DNA of 64,000 nucleotides. It comes from Rhodosorus marinus CCMP1338 (Eukaryota > Plantae > Rhodophyta). The stretch is from the NCBI GenBank assembly GCA_029953675.1, contig JAMWBK010000007.1:744001-808000 (forward strand), written 5' to 3'. How positions within the stretch are numbered: position 1 is the stretch's first letter; the number at the start of each line of letters is the position of its first letter. Under the pieces are notes generated by a model that did no database searches, was not told the origin of the DNA, and was given only the letters and a program-made list of their open reading frames with translations. Position numbers and translations under genes: made by a program. This document shows, piece after piece, positions 60,496 to 64,000 of the stretch.

Positions 60496-61151
60496 CAAAC
60501 GAATCTTGCAAGTCATTCTACAATGGAAAAGTTTACTGCTAAAGAGAAATTAAATCAAACATTCACGCGCAAAGCGCTGTAGCGAGGGTACCGAGCGCCG
60601 CCATTCGCTACGCTCTCGACACGCCCTTTTGTTGGTGTTACCACGAGCACGGATTTGATGTTGGAGGCGCGGTCTGTTGCAGTCGTCTTTTCTTGGATTT
60701 CCCTTGGATTTTTTCTTCAGTTTCCGAATAATCATCATCATCGCCAGCCTTGGGCAGCTAGCGGTAACCACCGCTATTTCGCCGTCTGAAATGGCATATA
60801 AGGAGGTGATAAACAAGCGTCTGTTGCTAATGGCTTGTGTTGGAATAGGAATTTCTGACAGAGCTATAGAGACCCGTGGAGGCGCACCGTTGCCTTTTAC
60901 TCGACTTTTCCCGATCCAAGCGGGTTCAAATTCGAGCACAAGCCTCCTGCGCTTTAGTCTGAATCCGGATGACTAGAACGATGGTCAGCCTCCATCGCTT
61001 GCGAAACGATAGGGTTTTGTCTTTGTGTGTTTTTTTTTAATTAGAAAGAATATTGTTATTCAAAGTTGTAGGGTTTTCGTTGCTAACGTTGTTATGGATC
61101 AGTCAGTCTGTTAGGGTACTCCTCTAAACGAGAACAGGACTGAACGAGAGA

Positions 61152-63461
61152 TTACGCGCTCAATTGTTCTGATACTGCTTCTTGCGCTTCTGCGTCGACG
61201 GTCTCCTCCTTGCCTTTTTCGGGGTCTTCCTCAAGAGTAGTCTTCCCGTTGCAAGTAAAGCAGCCCTTCCAAGTGGAGAGCTTCCAGAAATTTGGCCTCA
61301 GGATATCAACAAACTCCTCATCGGTCTGAGCATCGTACTCCCAGAGGTTGATTGTCTTGGGCACCTCAACGTCCTCATCGGTTTTCCCACAGCAGTTGCT
61401 CATCTTTCGTCCGGCGAGGGTTAGGACGTCCAGCCTTCTCTTCGGATGATCCACACGGACGCCAAGGAAGATTACTAAGACTACAGAAGCCAGCGCACAG
61501 ATCCCGAGCCCAGCGAAGCTCTCATACGCACTGTAGCCACAGGGAAGGTACCCAAAGAGGATCGAGATGACGGCGACAACCAATGCGTAGGGGAGCTGGG
61601 TTATGGTGTGATGCATCAGGTCACACCTGCTCGAGATTGCGGACAGGATTGTCGTATCCGAAATCGGGGTGCAGTGGTCTCCGAACACGGAACCAGCGAG
61701 GATGGCGGAGATCGTCAAGGTGAAGATTTCCGCATCATGAGAAGCGTACCACGACGTGGGAACGATGAGCGGGAAGAGGATGCTCATGGTTCCCCAGCTG
61801 GTGCCAGTACAGAAGCTGATGACCGCAGCAATGAGGAACGTCAAGACTGGCAGCGCTCGTGGGTCCAAGTTTCCGGTGAGGGCGCTGGAGAAGAAAATAT
61901 CGGCTCCGCTGTCGGCGATCGCAGCCCCAATCGCCCAGGCGAGGATGAGGACGAGGATAGGCTGGAAGATGCCTCTGATGCCGTCCATGAACGCATCCAG
62001 ATTCTGCTGCATTGTCAGGAGCGGTCGTCCAGGGCAGGCCTTGAACCTCAGCCAGTACATAAACGGGTGTACCAATCTGTCCTGTACGACGTACTGGAAT
62101 CGGTACATGAACCAGGCAACAACCGTAGTGGTGAAGGATCCGTACAAAAGCGCTGCATTCGCATCAGCGTGCCCGAATATGTTCTCCGGTGTCAGCGGCA
62201 GACCCAAGGCGAGCGATGTCGTCCTCCCGGTGAGCATGACCGCGAGAAGCACGATGAAGATGACCAGAACGATCGGGACGACTCCATTCCACCACTTCAG
62301 CGGCGTACTCTCGTCTGGCATCATGGCTTCGTCTTCTTTTTTTCCGTCAACCTTCGCATCATCACGTACGAGCTTGTGTTCGTCCATGGATCGCCTCTCA
62401 GCAACAAGCATCGGTCCAAACTCGCGTTTGGCGATGATCATGAAGAACTGGAAGAACAGCATAATGATCGGGTAAAAACGCGAGGGAATGGTCGCCAGGA
62501 AAACCATATAGCCGTTCGTGCTCACGCCCTCTAGATCCTCTCCTTGTTCGAGGAGCAGATCAATCTGGTCCTGGATCAGCCCAACCTCGAAACCAATCCA
62601 CGACGATATCGGAGCGATCGATGCAACGGGAGATGTTGTGGCGTCTACGAGGAAAGACAGCTTCTCACGACTCACCCACATAGCATCTGAGACGAATCTC
62701 ATCGTGTTGCCTAAGATCAACGTGTTGGCGTAGCTGTCAAAGAAGATGACGAATCCAATGAAGAAGATAACCAGCTGAACGGTCATTCGAGTCTTGGCAA
62801 ACTTTTTGAAGATCTCAGCAATGCCAAAGCTCCCACCGGACCTGGAGATGCACGCAATCAGGCCGCTGAGGAACCATGTGAAGAGGATGACAAATGCATG
62901 ATCAACATCGCCCAAAGATTCCACCAAGTAAGTGTCCAGCACACGGAGGAACGCCTGGAACGGATCATAGTGTGAAACAATGAACGCTGCCGTGAAGATG
63001 CCAATGTACAGAGCGTATAGAACCTCTCTCGTCCAGACCGCAACAATAATGACCAAGATTGGGGAGAGGAGGGTGACCGCACCCGGGATGAACCAGAGCG
63101 AAGCCGTGGCAGACTCTACGGTTGAAAAGTCGGAGCTCAAAGAGTTCTCAACGGTCACGTCCTGCGCGTCCAGGCCCGTAACCAGCAGCTCCTTGATATA
63201 GATCGTTGACCGCAGCAATCCATATTCGTCGTAGAGAGCCACAGCGTGGTTTCCGATAATTTCATTGTTCCAAAGCACCCTCGAGTATAGCGTGCTGCTG
63301 GCATCGTACGTTGTCTCATTTGAATATTCCAGGGACACGGTCAAACTGAACTCGACGTTATCCACGTACACAGGCCGAAGGTTGTCAAAAACAATTGCAG
63401 GAGGACTGGTCACAGCCAGCCCTACCGCCAGAGAAAATAGTACCAGATAACCAGACTTCAT
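61152..63461 (-). CDS. NhaC-family Na+/H+ antiporter-like membrane protein with signal peptide and ~105-aa N-terminal extension
   Basis: 769-aa intronless ORF with FFDSYAN, VSREKLSFLVDATTSPVAS, GTSWGTM and GSVFGDHCTPISDTTILS, plus many hydrophobic helices. Confidence 0.88.
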   Translation of the reverse strand: MKSGYLVLFSLAVGLAVTSPPAIVFDNLRPVYVDNVEFSLTVSLEYSNETTYDASSTLYSRVLWNNEIIGNHAVALYDEYGLLRSTIYIKELLVTGLDAQDVTVENSLSSDFSTVESATASLWFIPGAVTLLSPILVIIVAVWTREVLYALYIGIFTAAFIVSHYDPFQAFLRVLDTYLVESLGDVDHAFVILFTWFLSGLIACISRSGGSFGIAEIFKKFAKTRMTVQLVIFFIGFVIFFDSYANTLILGNTMRFVSDAMWVSREKLSFLVDATTSPVASIAPISSWIGFEVGLIQDQIDLLLEQGEDLEGVSTNGYMVFLATIPSRFYPIIMLFFQFFMIIAKREFGPMLVAERRSMDEHKLVRDDAKVDGKKEDEAMMPDESTPLKWWNGVVPIVLVIFIVLLAVMLTGRTTSLALGLPLTPENIFGHADANAALLYGSFTTTVVAWFMYRFQYVVQDRLVHPFMYWLRFKACPGRPLLTMQQNLDAFMDGIRGIFQPILVLILAWAIGAAIADSGADIFFSSALTGNLDPRALPVLTFLIAAVISFCTGTSWGTMSILFPLIVPTSWYASHDAEIFTLTISAILAGSVFGDHCTPISDTTILSAISSRCDLMHHTITQLPYALVVAVISILFGYLPCGYSAYESFAGLGICALASVVLVIFLGVRVDHPKRRLDVLTLAGRKMSNCCGKTDEDVEVPKTINLWEYDAQTDEEFVDILRPNFWKLSTWKGCFTCNGKTTLEEDPEKGKEETVDAEAQEAVSEQLSA

Positions 63462-64000
63462 CTTTGCGTTTGTTCTCTAACATCAGATGAACTGGTTTGA
63501 TATCTTGTTGTAGCCTTCCCTGCGGATGTCTGTTGTCATCGCATTCGACAGGGTGCTTTTATGCCAGTCTATTCCAGCAGGAAATCGACTTGATCTTGAT
63601 CGGTATTTCATCTCAGATGAAATCGTGGAGGTCTCTGCTCTCAACGGCAGGGACTTTCAGTAAATCGAAAATACAAAATTTGACCCATTTCAGGCGATAG
63701 TTTCTTATCACACTATCCGTAAAAACTTCGTTACAGCTTTTCATTTCGCCAAAACAAAGACTTTGATGGGCACAAGAGCTTGCAGATCGAAAACCAGCAG
63801 ACGACAAGAGGGAAAACCGCTGTGCGCATCTTCTCTTCGAAACCCCAATGGGATCTCCTCTCTATCGCCCCTTCGTCCAATGGATCGCTTCATCAGCCTG
63901 TGAGAAAACTCAGGCTTCAGAAAAACTCATTAGAAACGCATCATCGCAGAGAGCTCCCCCCTACGGGCTAGGCCCACGCGCGAGGTCTCATAAAAATCCT

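Noticed and set aside
60915-60935. B-box-like GGTTCAAATTC (tRNA/SINE)
   Set aside because: No A box or cloverleaf upstream.
61608-62534. 308-aa and 239-aa plus-strand ORFs
   Set aside because: They are antisense to the well-supported transporter CDS and have no recognisable motifs.

Overview
Eukaryotic genomic DNA with short GT-AG spliceosomal introns. Plastid-type LdpA and transit-peptide-like N-termini point to an alga, plausibly a unicellular red alga (inference). About 43 kb (~7.6-50.6 kb) is a structured array of intronless genes for secreted single-domain Spondin_N (F-spondin/mindin FS domain) proteins, mostly 228 aa. Two subfamilies (A and B, ~76% identical, no indels) repeat as a triplet: B(-) and B(+) head-to-head as a multi-kb palindrome, then A(+), with a ~8.3-9.2 kb period. 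I count 11 intact ORFs, one copy with a nonsense codon in the signal peptide, one frameshifted copy and two 3' stubs, plus a divergent third-type pseudogene at 52.8 kb. Intact palindrome pairs carry pair-specific near-identity, while copies that lost their partner arm are decaying. The array contains CRE-clade non-LTR retrotransposon pieces and a hAT-type DNA transposon whose empty site is visible in paralogous units. Flanking single-copy genes: class 3 lipase with an EF-hand, fibrillarin (6 exons), LdpA, a twin-CX9C protein, thiamine pyrophosphokinase and an NhaC-family antiporter with an N-terminal extension. All assignments come from motif recognition and alignment by eye, with no database searches. 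Repeat and relic boundaries are approximate.
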